Virus genome (UHGV): UHGV-1374956
Strand: one strand, 5' to 3'
DNA length: 63,304 nt
Origin: a virus
In this document: positions 1-9,480 of the stretch, piece by piece
How positions within the stretch are numbered: the stretch's first letter is position 1
Layout of the letters: every line of letters starts with the position of its first letter
The notes under the pieces: generated by a model
Told to the model about the DNA's origin: nothing
Database searches by the model: none
The model's input: only the letters and a program-made list of their open reading frames with translations
Translations under genes and position numbers: made by a program

Positions 1-393
1 TGGACTGATTTTAGCTTGTCCTTTACTAAATTATTATCCATCTATCTATAAATCTCTGCCCATTATAACATAACGAAAGAATGATTGCAAGTTTTTGCCT
101 GAATATATATAATGTATATACTTATACCTTTATTTGAACAAATTAGGGCTAGATGAACAATTTGCCTTAATCCTCGCTGGGGTCAAAAGTTCCTTTATTA
201 CGAAATATTAAGTTCAAGTATATACTCCAAACCCTAAAATCTATCCATAATTCCATCTAAAATCTTTACAAAACTTAAAGAAAGGGCGTAAATCTTTCCA
301 GAAATACGCCTGCAACGATTAAATGAAGAGTCTGTCTTTCTATCCATCTCTATGCCTTGTAGAATGGTTGATAGAGGGATATTTCTGTCCATT

Positions 394-1131
394 TTAGTCG
401 GGTAAGTCTTCTTCCTTTCCTATAATCGTAACGCTTTGGTTGATTTTTACCGATTTATCGGTGTATCCCATCATTGCGTTAAGCTCTTTTACTGCATCTT
501 TTATAGCTGTAACACGAGTCATCGTTAAAAAGCTGTTTTTGCCATTATCTCTAGCTATCTGGCATTCTTCCATCGCTGTATCTATCAGGAATTTTAGACT
601 ATTGACGGAGTCTCGGAATTGCCATTGTAACTGCTTTTCCGTCTGTTTCACCAATCTCTCACGTAGGATCCCAAGCAAATCAGCGACGTCGTTGCGTCGT
701 TTCAAGTCGCTTGCTCGTTGCTCGATATAATCTGAAGATAGATTCGTACAATCGTAAGATTCTTTATAGGCTATTATATTATTATTATATTTAATTATAT
801 TTATTATAAATTTTAGTTCTTTTTCGCCTATATTTCTGTATTTTTCCCCCGCCCCTTCTAAATTTAATAGCTTTGGTAACCATTCTCCTTCCAACTCTCC
901 ATCCACGCTAGGCATTACAGAAACATCTAAATTTCTATTCTGTCCAACTGCTGTCTGACAAAGTTTTTTTCCGTCCAATGTAGTAGCTTGTTTTATATTA
1001 TTTATATTTGTATCATTTGTTATTATTTCACCTTCTATAATTTGTTCATCACTTTTGCCTACTTTTTCTTCCCCGGCCTGAATTTTTTTAGAAGATTTTG
1101 GTTCTATTGGTTGTTTCTTTTTATTTGCCAT
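394..1131 (-). CDS. hypothetical protein (basic N-terminus; terminase small subunit or DNA-binding role speculative)
   Basis: 245-aa ORF with an N-terminal K-rich stretch and a helical C-terminus. I recognise no family. Confidence 0.4.
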   Translation of the reverse strand: MANKKKQPIEPKSSKKIQAGEEKVGKSDEQIIEGEIITNDTNINNIKQATTLDGKKLCQTAVGQNRNLDVSVMPSVDGELEGEWLPKLLNLEGAGEKYRNIGEKELKFIINIIKYNNNIIAYKESYDCTNLSSDYIEQRASDLKRRNDVADLLGILRERLVKQTEKQLQWQFRDSVNSLKFLIDTAMEECQIARDNGKNSFLTMTRVTAIKDAVKELNAMMGYTDKSVKINQSVTIIGKEEDLPD

Positions 1132-1477
1132 CTAAATCCACCTCCACTTCTAATTCTTCATTATTTTTCTGTAATCTTTCATTCCACTCTTCTAATAATT
1201 GTTTTATATAGATACATAACTTTTCCTGAATTTGTGTATGATTTATACAAATTTGTTCATCTGTAAATTGAGGATGCGAACTAAAATTTAATAAAACTGT
1301 GATTTCACACCTAACATCATCCATTCCTTGTTCTAATTTTTCTATATCCTCATCATTTTGAACCATTTGTTCTATATTTTGTGCATACACATCTACATCT
1401 TTAATCTGAATTACTTTTGTCATGTTGTTTCTCCTTTTCAAAAATTCTTTTAAATCTTCTACTAATTGCATCAGCAC
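1121..1477 (-). CDS. hypothetical acidic protein
   Basis: 118-aa ORF packed tightly with its neighbours on the minus strand. Confidence 0.4.
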   Translation of the reverse strand: MLMQLVEDLKEFLKRRNNMTKVIQIKDVDVYAQNIEQMVQNDEDIEKLEQGMDDVRCEITVLLNFSSHPQFTDEQICINHTQIQEKLCIYIKQLLEEWNERLQKNNEELEVEVDLDGK

Positions 1478-1699
1478 ATTCTTTCATGCCTTCCATTTCT
1501 TTATTTTCTCTATATTTTTGAAAATCTAATATTTTATCTGTCATTTTGTTCTTCCTCTAATCTTTGTTCATACATTCCTACATCTAATGGTTCATTAAGT
1601 ACAAATAATAAACCTTTTATAAAACCTTGAACTCTTGCTTTATTTTCTCCTGAACATTTATGGTAAACAGGTAACATCTTTTTTATTTCTAATTTAATA

Positions 1700-1933
1700 T
1701 CATTTTCTGTCATCATATTCCTCCTGCAAATAATTAAATAATCTTTCTAAATCTTGGTGATGTACATATACATCTAATACAAAATTATTTACTTTTATTT
1801 GACACTTTTTATATTCTACTGATTTTTGTGGTTCTTCATATATTAGATTTTCTATTTTATGCGGAAATGTTTCTATACGTTTTCCGTCAATATTTAAGAA
1901 AATACTTGGCGGTCTTTTACTTACTGTATCCAT
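1700..1933 (-). CDS. hypothetical protein
   Basis: 77-aa ORF in the early small-gene array. Confidence 0.35.
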   Translation of the reverse strand: MDTVSKRPPSIFLNIDGKRIETFPHKIENLIYEEPQKSVEYKKCQIKVNNFVLDVYVHHQDLERLFNYLQEEYDDRK

Positions 1934-2191
1934 CTTTATCTCCTAATTGCCATTTTCCGTCTTTTGTTATACCTAAATATTCACCTATCATCATTATTAA
2001 CAAACCCCAACCGTCTAATGCTTTATTTCTCTTAAGTTTTCTTAATTGTGGTTTTAGTTTACGCATTTTGATTTTTCTTTTCATTTTCCGCCTCTTTAAT
2101 TTTACATTTCAAATATTGTTTAGTTAATTCTGTTTCATGGTAGTGCATACTATGAAATGAATTTTGTAATATTAACATTTCTTTCATATAT

Positions 2192-2473
2192 TTAGTCTGT
2201 ACATACATGGCCTTGACTATCAATATTGATGACACCGCTATTATAAATATACTTAAATTCATTATCATTTTCAGTCTCCTGTTTTTCTATTGCATCAAAA
2301 GTAAAGTAAGTTTTTAGATTTTGCATTAGTTGTTCTTTTAAATATTTTTCTTCATATTCTTTCCGCCACATTTCTGTAAATGCTCTTTTAATTTTTCTTA
2401 TGGCTGGCTTTATTTTACGACTTTTATATTTTCTCCTCATAAACTTAAAACCCCAAGTAATAGTAACGCCCAA
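2192..2473 (-). CDS. hypothetical basic protein
   Basis: 93-aa ORF with a K/R-rich N-terminus. Confidence 0.35.
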   Translation of the reverse strand: MGVTITWGFKFMRRKYKSRKIKPAIRKIKRAFTEMWRKEYEEKYLKEQLMQNLKTYFTFDAIEKQETENDNEFKYIYNSGVINIDSQGHVCTD

Positions 2474-2576
2474 ATAGCATATTCTAAATTTTTAGTTCTG
2501 TCATATTTGACAACATAATAAATAATTTGAATACTGATTATTATATCTACGATAACTTTAATTATGTTAAACATTT

Positions 2577-2768
2577 TTAATCCTCGCTATCACTTTTTAC
2601 TAATTTACGAATATCTGTTGAAAATTCATAATTAAAACAATCTGCATGATAATATTTCCAAACTTTTGTTAAACGTTTTCCATCAAATATTTCTGCATCT
2701 ATTTTAATATTTTCTTGGTCATTACATATTTCATTTCCACATCTATCACAAAATAATTTATAACCCAT
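2577..2768 (-). CDS. small Zn-ribbon protein
   Basis: CDRCGNEIC ... HADCFN cysteine pairs. Confidence 0.4.
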   Translation of the reverse strand: MGYKLFCDRCGNEICNDQENIKIDAEIFDGKRLTKVWKYYHADCFNYEFSTDIRKLVKSDSED

Positions 2769-2896
2769 AAGTTTATACCTCTTTTACTTTTTCTTTTTGT
2801 TCATCAATGTTCTCGCCCGCCTGAAACATTTTTGCAAGTATGGTGGACAAGTTATATTTATTTTCGCCTAACATAGGCACAAAATCTAAATACCAT

Positions 2897-3391
2897 TTAT
2901 TCATTTTTGTCTGCATTATTCTTTCTTAATACTCTTAAAACAGTAAGGCCCATTTCTTTAAATGTTGCACAATTAGTATATTCATCATCTATAACTAATT
3001 CTATATCATATTGTTCTTGTAAATTTTCTAATTCTGTCTTTTTAAAAATATGTGAAGGAACACCTTCTTTATCTACAGGTCTAACAATCATTTGAGACAA
3101 ATACGATAAAGATAAATGCAAATATTCATCACATAATTTATGAAGAGTAGATTTTGCAATTATATCCCGTCTAGCTGTCAATATAATAATAGAATAACCT
3201 GCTTTACCATATAAATTTAATAGATTAAATATTTGTTCTATTTTATCAACATATTGTGGATTATTAGCATTTTCATGGAAAAAATTCCACATTTCTTGAC
3301 CTTTTAAACCACGTTTATGAATTTCTAAATAAAGTTTAGACACATCCAATAAACATCCATCTATGTCACACACTATGGCCTTAGGCTTCAT
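2897..3391 (-). CDS. HAD-superfamily phosphatase (nucleotidase/Pnkp-phosphatase-like)
   Basis: N-terminal CDIDGCLLDV (DxDG motif I of HAD hydrolases); 164 aa. Confidence 0.55.
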   Translation of the reverse strand: MKPKAIVCDIDGCLLDVSKLYLEIHKRGLKGQEMWNFFHENANNPQYVDKIEQIFNLLNLYGKAGYSIIILTARRDIIAKSTLHKLCDEYLHLSLSYLSQMIVRPVDKEGVPSHIFKKTELENLQEQYDIELVIDDEYTNCATFKEMGLTVLRVLRKNNADKNE

Positions 3392-3537
3392 GTTCTTTCT
3401 CCTTTAATAACTCAATAATATAATTCATCAACTTAACTTCAAAATCAGTTCTTTCATCTAATTCTGCTTGTAATCTTTTAATTGTACTAATTTGGTCTTC
3501 AATAATAGCATCTTTCATATAAGCACACAACAACACT

Positions 3538-4110
3538 TTAATTCCACCCTTTCTTAATTTTATCATCAACTTCTTTTGGCCATACATCCATTCCCATTAC
3601 TTCTGCCGCCGTTAAAGGTATGAAAGAATTACAGTCCACACCTACGTCTTTTAAATCAGGAAATGTACGTCTGTTCATTCCATGACTATGCCCGTGAAAA
3701 CATACATTAGCACGTCTACTTGAGTGATAATCAATAACTGGATGATGATGTAAAGCTATAACAATTGGCTTTCCATCTATTAAACAATCTTTATCTTCAA
3801 TAGTTTTAAATGCAAACCAATTACAAATAACATTATCTTCTTTAAGTTTATCTAAAATTTTTCTATCATCATGATTGCCTTGTATAACAAATAATTGAGG
3901 ATTCAATTGAGACAACCAACATTTAATATCTTCATAATTTGTAGACATACTTAAATCACCTAATATATAAAGTTTGTCATCTTTTTTGCATCTAAAATTT
4001 ATCATTTCAACAATATGTTTGTCTATAATAGATACATCTTCTGCCTTTCGAAATCCACATTCTACTAATTTAGCATGACCTAAATGTAAATCGCTTGTAT
4101 AATAATTCAT
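3538..4110 (-). CDS. calcineurin-like metallophosphoesterase
   Basis: SDLHLGH (GDxHG-like), GDLS and GNHD metallophosphatase motifs. Confidence 0.7.
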   Translation of the reverse strand: MNYYTSDLHLGHAKLVECGFRKAEDVSIIDKHIVEMINFRCKKDDKLYILGDLSMSTNYEDIKCWLSQLNPQLFVIQGNHDDRKILDKLKEDNVICNWFAFKTIEDKDCLIDGKPIVIALHHHPVIDYHSSRRANVCFHGHSHGMNRRTFPDLKDVGVDCNSFIPLTAAEVMGMDVWPKEVDDKIKKGWN

Positions 4111-4343
4111 CTGTTCCTCACATTCTCATAATACGCTGATGTTATACCATTTTTAGCACCCTTTTCAATAATTCTTGAAATATCAAATTCTCTATAATAT
4201 AAATATTTAGTCAAACATTCTATAATAATTTCTTCTAAAAATTGTTTAAGCAAAGAAGAATATAGATGTCTACATATAGTGATTAGTAATATCAAATACA
4301 ACGGAAACGCTGTCAAAACTATACAAAATAACCATATATTCAT
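4107..4343 (-). CDS. small membrane protein
   Basis: Hydrophobic N-terminus IWLFCIVLTAFPLYLILLITI. Confidence 0.4.
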   Translation of the reverse strand: MNIWLFCIVLTAFPLYLILLITICRHLYSSLLKQFLEEIIIECLTKYLYYREFDISRIIEKGAKNGITSAYYENVRNR

Positions 4344-4493
4344 TATATTTCCTCTACTTTAATTTCTGCATTTTCGCTTGCTTCTCCGCTTACCATACTT
4401 AATGCTTTGTCTTCTGCATCTTCTAAATCCATAGCATAAATTTCAAATTCACTTGTCAATTTTACTCTGTAAAACATCTTTACCTTTCCTAAA

Positions 4494-4565
4494 TCGCGAA
4501 TTGAAGGATTTGAACCTCCGCCAACAGTTTTGGAGACTGTTATGCTACCGCTACACTAAACTCGC
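4494..4565 (-). tRNA. trnW: tRNA-Trp (anticodon CCA)
   Basis: The reverse complement folds as a cloverleaf: acceptor GCGAGTT/AATTCGC, anticodon stem ACAGT/ACTGT with loop CTCCAAA (CCA anticodon), and T-arm GGTTCAAATCC. No CCA 3' end is encoded. Confidence 0.8.
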
Positions 4566-4757
4566 TCTTTAATTATTTTGATTATTTATTTCATTTAATA
4601 TAATAATAGATTTTGTACATAAATCCTCAATATCTCTTAATTTAAAATCTCTAATACCTTTATCTTCATTAGAATTGGTATTTAATCTTATATCTTGAGC
4701 TATTGCTCTTATTTGCTGTAAAGTTATTATCATAAATTAGTTCCTCGTTGCTGTTGT

Positions 4758-4774
4758 TTATTGTATAACAAAAC
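4758..4774 (-). promoter_or_regulatory. conserved phage promoter motif (copy 1)
   Basis: The reverse complement reads TTTTGTTATACAATAAA, with an extended -10-like TGTTATACAAT. Sits 25-40 nt upstream of an RBS. Confidence 0.45.
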
Positions 4775-5081
4775 CAATAAAATTGCAACTAATTCAACTT
4801 AACAACATTTAAAACAGTATTTTCTTCTTCCATATAATTTGTAACAAATTCCTCTAAATTCATATTAGAATCCACGATAGCAGATTGTATTTTAACCATA
4901 ATAGAATTTGATTCTTTGTTATTTATATAAGAAATTAAATATTTATTCTTCATTTGCAAGTTTTCTCCTTCTTGTTATTTCCATACATACATCATTCAAT
5001 TTACCATAATCACTTAAGACAATATTAGCAACTCCAGGCAATAATTCTTGCATAATTTCATCTAATTGATTATAAAATTCT

Positions 5082-5330
5082 TTATCTGTCATCTTGTAAA
5101 TCCTTTCTACTTTCAGGGTCTTTACCACATTTCCAACATACATAATTTTTAGTGGCTATTTCACCACAATGAGGACAAATATAAAAGTCAGAACTAAAAC
5201 AATTATACAAACCACGTTCTAACCATGCTATTTTAAGATTCAATTCATCCACTTTTTTAGCATACGCTCTATTTTGACAATTACAACAAATATTTTGGCA
5301 ATCATATTGTTGACATTCAGCATAATTCAT
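5082..5330 (-). CDS. Cys-rich Zn-binding small protein
   Basis: Multiple CxxC pairs (CQNICCNCQ, CPHCG, CWKCG). Confidence 0.45.
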   Translation of the reverse strand: MNYAECQQYDCQNICCNCQNRAYAKKVDELNLKIAWLERGLYNCFSSDFYICPHCGEIATKNYVCWKCGKDPESRKDLQDDR

Positions 5331-5524
5331 TATACATCTCCAAAAAATTCATTCTGTAATACTTGTAAAAATTCCTGCTCAGACAATCCTTCACTAGAAT
5401 TTATCATCATAAAATCATCAGACTTATCTATTTTATCTATTTTGTTATAAATATTTTGCAATTCAGGGCTTCTTTTATTACTTGATAAATTAAAACAATT
5501 AGTTAAAAATTTTATAATATTCAT
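5330..5524 (-). CDS. hypothetical protein
   Basis: 64-aa ORF whose stop overlaps the start of the neighbouring gene. Confidence 0.35.
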   Translation of the reverse strand: MNIIKFLTNCFNLSSNKRSPELQNIYNKIDKIDKSDDFMMINSSEGLSEQEFLQVLQNEFFGDV

Positions 5525-5733
5525 TCTACCACCTTATACATTTCGCATTTAGTTCTATTTTTATCTAATATTATACTTTGAAATTCCTGTCCACAATTTT
5601 CACAAACTAGGTCCGTTGGTAATTTATGGAAATACGGTTCATCCGGGTGAGGGTCATACAATGCTATAACTTTACCTTGTTTACAAATAGGGCATTGACA
5701 CAATGTTTCTTTTGGTATTAGATTATTTTTCAT
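5521..5733 (-). CDS. Zn-ribbon small protein
   Basis: CQCPICKQ ... CENCGQ. Confidence 0.45.
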   Translation of the reverse strand: MKNNLIPKETLCQCPICKQGKVIALYDPHPDEPYFHKLPTDLVCENCGQEFQSIILDKNRTKCEMYKVVE

Positions 5734-6071
5734 TTTACTGCCTCGTTTAATTTCTTTTGTAATTGTGAAATATTATGTCTTAATCTCAATATTTCTTTAT
5801 CTTTTTCTACTATTGTATGAGATAATTGACATATTTGATTACGACAACCTTCATCATCTATAATTGAATAACCTCTATTTTCTAATTCATTTATGAGTTG
5901 TTTTATTTTATATGCTTTTATAGATTCAAATTCACATAGACTCAATGTTGTAACACATTCATATTCAACTAACAATTTTTTCTGCACATATATTATAATA
6001 TCAGAAATTGATATGCTTTTTACTATACTTGAAATATCAAAAAGCATGGGAAACTGATTTTCAATATTCAT
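5730..6071 (-). CDS. hypothetical protein
   Basis: 113-aa ORF with a coiled-coil C-terminus. Confidence 0.4.
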   Translation of the reverse strand: MNIENQFPMLFDISSIVKSISISDIIIYVQKKLLVEYECVTTLSLCEFESIKAYKIKQLINELENRGYSIIDDEGCRNQICQLSHTIVEKDKEILRLRHNISQLQKKLNEAVK

Positions 6072-6259
6072 TTTATTGCCTCCGGAATAAAACTTGCTCC
6101 GTGTGCTTCTATTCTTAATATATCTACTAATTTATTAAAACCATCAGCTAAACCAATTCTAAATTTGGTTTCCTTTGTAGTTTCATCAATTGTTTTGACT
6201 ATGCCTATACAATGCCCTCCTGATGTAGTGTACCACCAACTGTCTATTACTCTACTCAT
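6068..6259 (-). CDS. hypothetical protein
   Basis: 63-aa ORF overlapping its neighbour. Confidence 0.35.
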   Translation of the reverse strand: MSRVIDSWWYTTSGGHCIGIVKTIDETTKETKFRIGLADGFNKLVDILRIEAHGASFIPEAIK

Positions 6260-6473
6260 CGTCTTCTTCCTCAGTTAAACCTAATTTTTCATTACATTTA
6301 TCTATCATTTCCATTGATAAACATAATAACATATCATAATCACCAGAAGTAGCTTTCTTTCTATATTCTGCAATTTCCGAAGAATTATATCCAGCTTTTC
6401 TCATTGCACTGGCAGTATAACCCATAACATTAAACGCATTACCATCTATACCTACTAAATTAAACGCTTTCAT
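6252..6473 (-). CDS. hypothetical acidic protein
   Basis: 73-aa ORF with an acidic tail EEEDDE. Confidence 0.35.
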   Translation of the reverse strand: MKAFNLVGIDGNAFNVMGYTASAMRKAGYNSSEIAEYRKKATSGDYDMLLCLSMEMIDKCNEKLGLTEEEDDE

Positions 6474-6630
6474 CTTTTAACCTTTCTTCCAAATTATTTG
6501 GACATTTACTACAATCTCTATTGGTATATTCATATACCGGACACATTAAACATAATTCTTTTTGAACTATATTTAAAACAACTTCAATTGGTACTTGTTT
6601 ATTAGTTTTTAATAACATATAAAATTATAC

Positions 6631-7026
6631 CTATTTAATACTTCTACTAAATCTACCAGCTTCTAAAATAGGTAAAGAGCCTTCTGTTGGAACATAAATA
6701 ACCTGATTTTGTGTATTTTCCATAGTTTGAATATACAAATACATCAAATATTCATGATTACCTTTTAATGAACTACCTATAATTTGGTTAGCTTGTGCCA
6801 CTCCTTTTGCTCTCTCAATTTCCGCCTGTGCTTCATATGTTGCACTTTCTTTCTTAGCTTTAGCTTCTGTTACTTGAATTTGTTTTGTTTGATTAGCTTC
6901 TATCAATTTTGCTTTACCTGCATATTGAGCCTGCCAAACTTGATATTTTGGAATTCCAAAGGCCGCACTAACTACCAATGCTACAATTACTATAAAACCT
7001 ATACATCCTGCTACGAAATCATCCAT
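6631..7026 (-). CDS. membrane-anchored coiled-coil protein
   Basis: N-terminal TM segment CIGFIVIVALVVSAAF followed by an A/K/E/Q-rich helix. Confidence 0.45.
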   Translation of the reverse strand: MDDFVAGCIGFIVIVALVVSAAFGIPKYQVWQAQYAGKAKLIEANQTKQIQVTEAKAKKESATYEAQAEIERAKGVAQANQIIGSSLKGNHEYLMYLYIQTMENTQNQVIYVPTEGSLPILEAGRFSRSIK

Positions 7027-7040
7027 TTTTAATAATCCTC

Positions 7041-7337
7041 CTATAATTTATTTCTAGTTCCTACGCTTTTATTAGTTTTGTCTATTAACTTATAAAACAC
7101 TTTTATGAGTGCTTTCTTTTGTTTAAATGTACCTTGATACATAACTTGTTCTGCTAATTTTTCTATACCTACTTTGTTGAAATTAAAGTCATATTCTATT
7201 TCTTCAATATCACTTACAACTTCATGTTTGGCACAATCTAAACAATACCTTGGGTAACCAGGAGTGTCACCATCAATAACACTCCCGCATACTTGGCACA
7301 ATGTGCCGTCTAACATCATTTCTGCTATTTCGCCCAT
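7041..7337 (-). CDS. Zn-ribbon protein
   Basis: CQVCGS ... CLDCAKHE. Confidence 0.45.
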   Translation of the reverse strand: MGEIAEMMLDGTLCQVCGSVIDGDTPGYPRYCLDCAKHEVVSDIEEIEYDFNFNKVGIEKLAEQVMYQGTFKQKKALIKVFYKLIDKTNKSVGTRNKL

Positions 7338-7771
7338 TATTCTTGAACCTCTTCTTTTGGTTCTGGTTCATATAATTTTACGATTTCTTCTTTGCAAGAA
7401 TAATAAGAATCACCTTCTAATTCAACAAATTTATCATAGTGAGTTACATTTGGTCTGCAAATATTTAGAATATCTTCAAAATTAGTTCTTTTACAAGCTA
7501 CTGGATAGAGTTTACTATTAGCATATACATTTTCAAATTTATACACTTCATCATCGTTACAAAAATCTATAACTAAATAATTAGTTAAATCACTGCATAC
7601 TTTATTTATAAATTTTAGATAATGTTCTGCCAAGTGCTTTGGAACTGCAACTTTTGGCATTTCTATTATCACTAAATTTTCTTCTTTTAATTCTACCTTA
7701 GACGCCATTATTCTTCTCCTTTTGTTAATTGTGCCAATAACCCTTCTGGACTTAATGATTCCATTATACAT
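7337..7771 (-). CDS. hypothetical protein
   Basis: 144-aa ORF. Confidence 0.4.
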   Translation of the reverse strand: MYNGIIKSRRVIGTINKRRRIMASKVELKEENLVIIEMPKVAVPKHLAEHYLKFINKVCSDLTNYLVIDFCNDDEVYKFENVYANSKLYPVACKRTNFEDILNICRPNVTHYDKFVELEGDSYYSCKEEIVKLYEPEPKEEVQE

Positions 7772-7962
7772 TCACCTTGAATTTTATCAATTTCTGAAAT
7801 AGGAATCACATCTACTCCATTTGCTTTATACTTTTCTTTTAACTCTTGTAACTTTACTTGAAATTTTAATGCTGTATCAATTGATAAAGTCATCATAAAG
7901 TTGTGAGGGTTAGACATACCTTCGTTTTTTTTGTCACTGTTAAACATTTTTGTCTCCTTTTC

Positions 7963-8088
7963 TTATACTAATTTTTCTATTATTATTGCAGGGTCTATAT
8001 CTGTATTATCTTGAATATACTCAAATATCTCAACTATACCTGCTCCATTTTCCATAAGTTCTTCTACTTCTTCTATTATCTCTTCCAT
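7963..8088 (-). CDS. small acidic protein (start reassigned to the internal Met with an AAAGGAGA RBS)
   Basis: AAAGGAGATATCATG lies inside the longer ORF-track call 7963..8181. The conserved promoter motif sits upstream. Confidence 0.4.
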   Translation of the reverse strand: MEEIIEEVEELMENGAGIVEIFEYIQDNTDIDPAIIIEKLV

Positions 8089-8123
8089 GATATCTCCTTT
8101 CGTTTGTTTGCTGTTGACATTAT

Positions 8124-8138
8124 TTATTGTATATAAAC
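8124..8138 (-). promoter_or_regulatory. conserved promoter motif (copy 2)
   Basis: TTTATATACAATAAA on the minus strand. Confidence 0.45.
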
Positions 8139-8347
8139 GGTTAGATAATAAAAGTAGTTCAGTAAATAAGTTTACGAACACTTATTATTCTATCATGATA
8201 TAGGTTCATACAATATCGTAATAGTAAAATAATCCTCACATTCTGACTGAAATATATTAACAACCTTTATTGATTCTTTTAATATAAATTCATTAACTTC
8301 TTGTTCTAACTTCTCTATATTTACGCTACTAAATATTTTAATTAACA

Positions 8348-8686
8348 TTATTCCTCCTCACCGTCTATAAGTTCAAAACAACCACCTAAAAACATCATAA
8401 CCTTATTAAATTGTGCATAATTACACCTTAATTCTTTTTCTCTTGCCTGTATCATTGGATTTTCCAGGTCTGTTGTAAAACTTAAATGAAGGTACTCATT
8501 ATTTAACCAGCATTTAAATATACCTACACACCTCCAATCCAAAGTATAGATGTAAATCATACGGCTGTTATTTGTAATATCTACGGACACACTTTGAAAA
8601 TCAAGTGCTTTACATTCCTTTTTGATTTCATTTCTAATAATCTTTTTAAATTCGTTGTTTTTCATTATTTTTACTCCAATTTGCAT
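8348..8686 (-). CDS. hypothetical protein
   Basis: 112-aa ORF. Confidence 0.35.
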   Translation of the reverse strand: MQIGVKIMKNNEFKKIIRNEIKKECKALDFQSVSVDITNNSRMIYIYTLDWRCVGIFKCWLNNEYLHLSFTTDLENPMIQAREKELRCNYAQFNKVMMFLGGCFELIDGEEE

Positions 8687-8898
8687 TTACCCATTCTATC
8701 ATATATTGTAATTTTTGATTACTTACTTGAGCAACATTATACCACATATCTCTTTCTGCTTTTATTTTACTGTAATCAATCCATAATTGTTTATAATGTT
8801 CATGTTCTTCTTCACTCATTAACCATTGTCTTAAATTTTTATCATTACAAAATAAATTAAAAACAACTTGACACATTGTTTGTTTGAAATAGAACCAT

Positions 8899-9480
8899 TT
8901 ACTTGCCATTTTCAATCTCCTTTATATACATAGTTTTAAAATAATCTAATTTCATTATTTTATCCTTTTCCTCTTCATAACTATAAAATTCTATAGGAAA
9001 TTTCCTTTTTCTATCATTTATACCTGTCCACTTAATACGTACATTTTCTAAAGTTTTATGCTTAAAGTTACAACCAATATCTTCATAGTTTAAACCCCAT
9101 TCTTGACATTTTTTACGGTCTTTCTTTTCTTTCTGTTTTGCCCGCTGTTGTTTTCTTTGTGCTGTTTCTTCATCATCTAATAATTGTCTTACAATTACAC
9201 CAAATTGTCCTTTAACCCAATTATAGTAATAACACCAACCGTCCTTTTCATAATCACCAAAATGAACAGAGTCTCTTACTACTTTATACTTATATGGACA
9301 ATCAAATAACCAACTTTTAACAATAGTAATCCATTCATTAGTAACTCTTTTACTTTCAGAATATCTATATTTTCTAATTAAATTATGCCAGAAAGAATTA
9401 TCCTTGTCTATATACCTATAATATTTAATTTTAAGCACTTCTCTTTCTTCTACAGTTAGCTTACAATCATCTATAGCCAT
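8899..9480 (-). CDS. hypothetical protein
   Basis: 193-aa ORF with a basic KQKEKKDRKK patch. Confidence 0.4.
   Translation of the reverse strand: MAIDDCKLTVEEREVLKIKYYRYIDKDNSFWHNLIRKYRYSESKRVTNEWITIVKSWLFDCPYKYKVVRDSVHFGDYEKDGWCYYYNWVKGQFGVIVRQLLDDEETAQRKQQRAKQKEKKDRKKCQEWGLNYEDIGCNFKHKTLENVRIKWTGINDRKRKFPIEFYSYEEEKDKIMKLDYFKTMYIKEIENGK

Noticed and set aside
6784-7032. Plus-strand 82-aa ORF
   Set aside because: It is antisense to a well-supported minus-strand gene and has Cys/Phe-rich low-complexity content.
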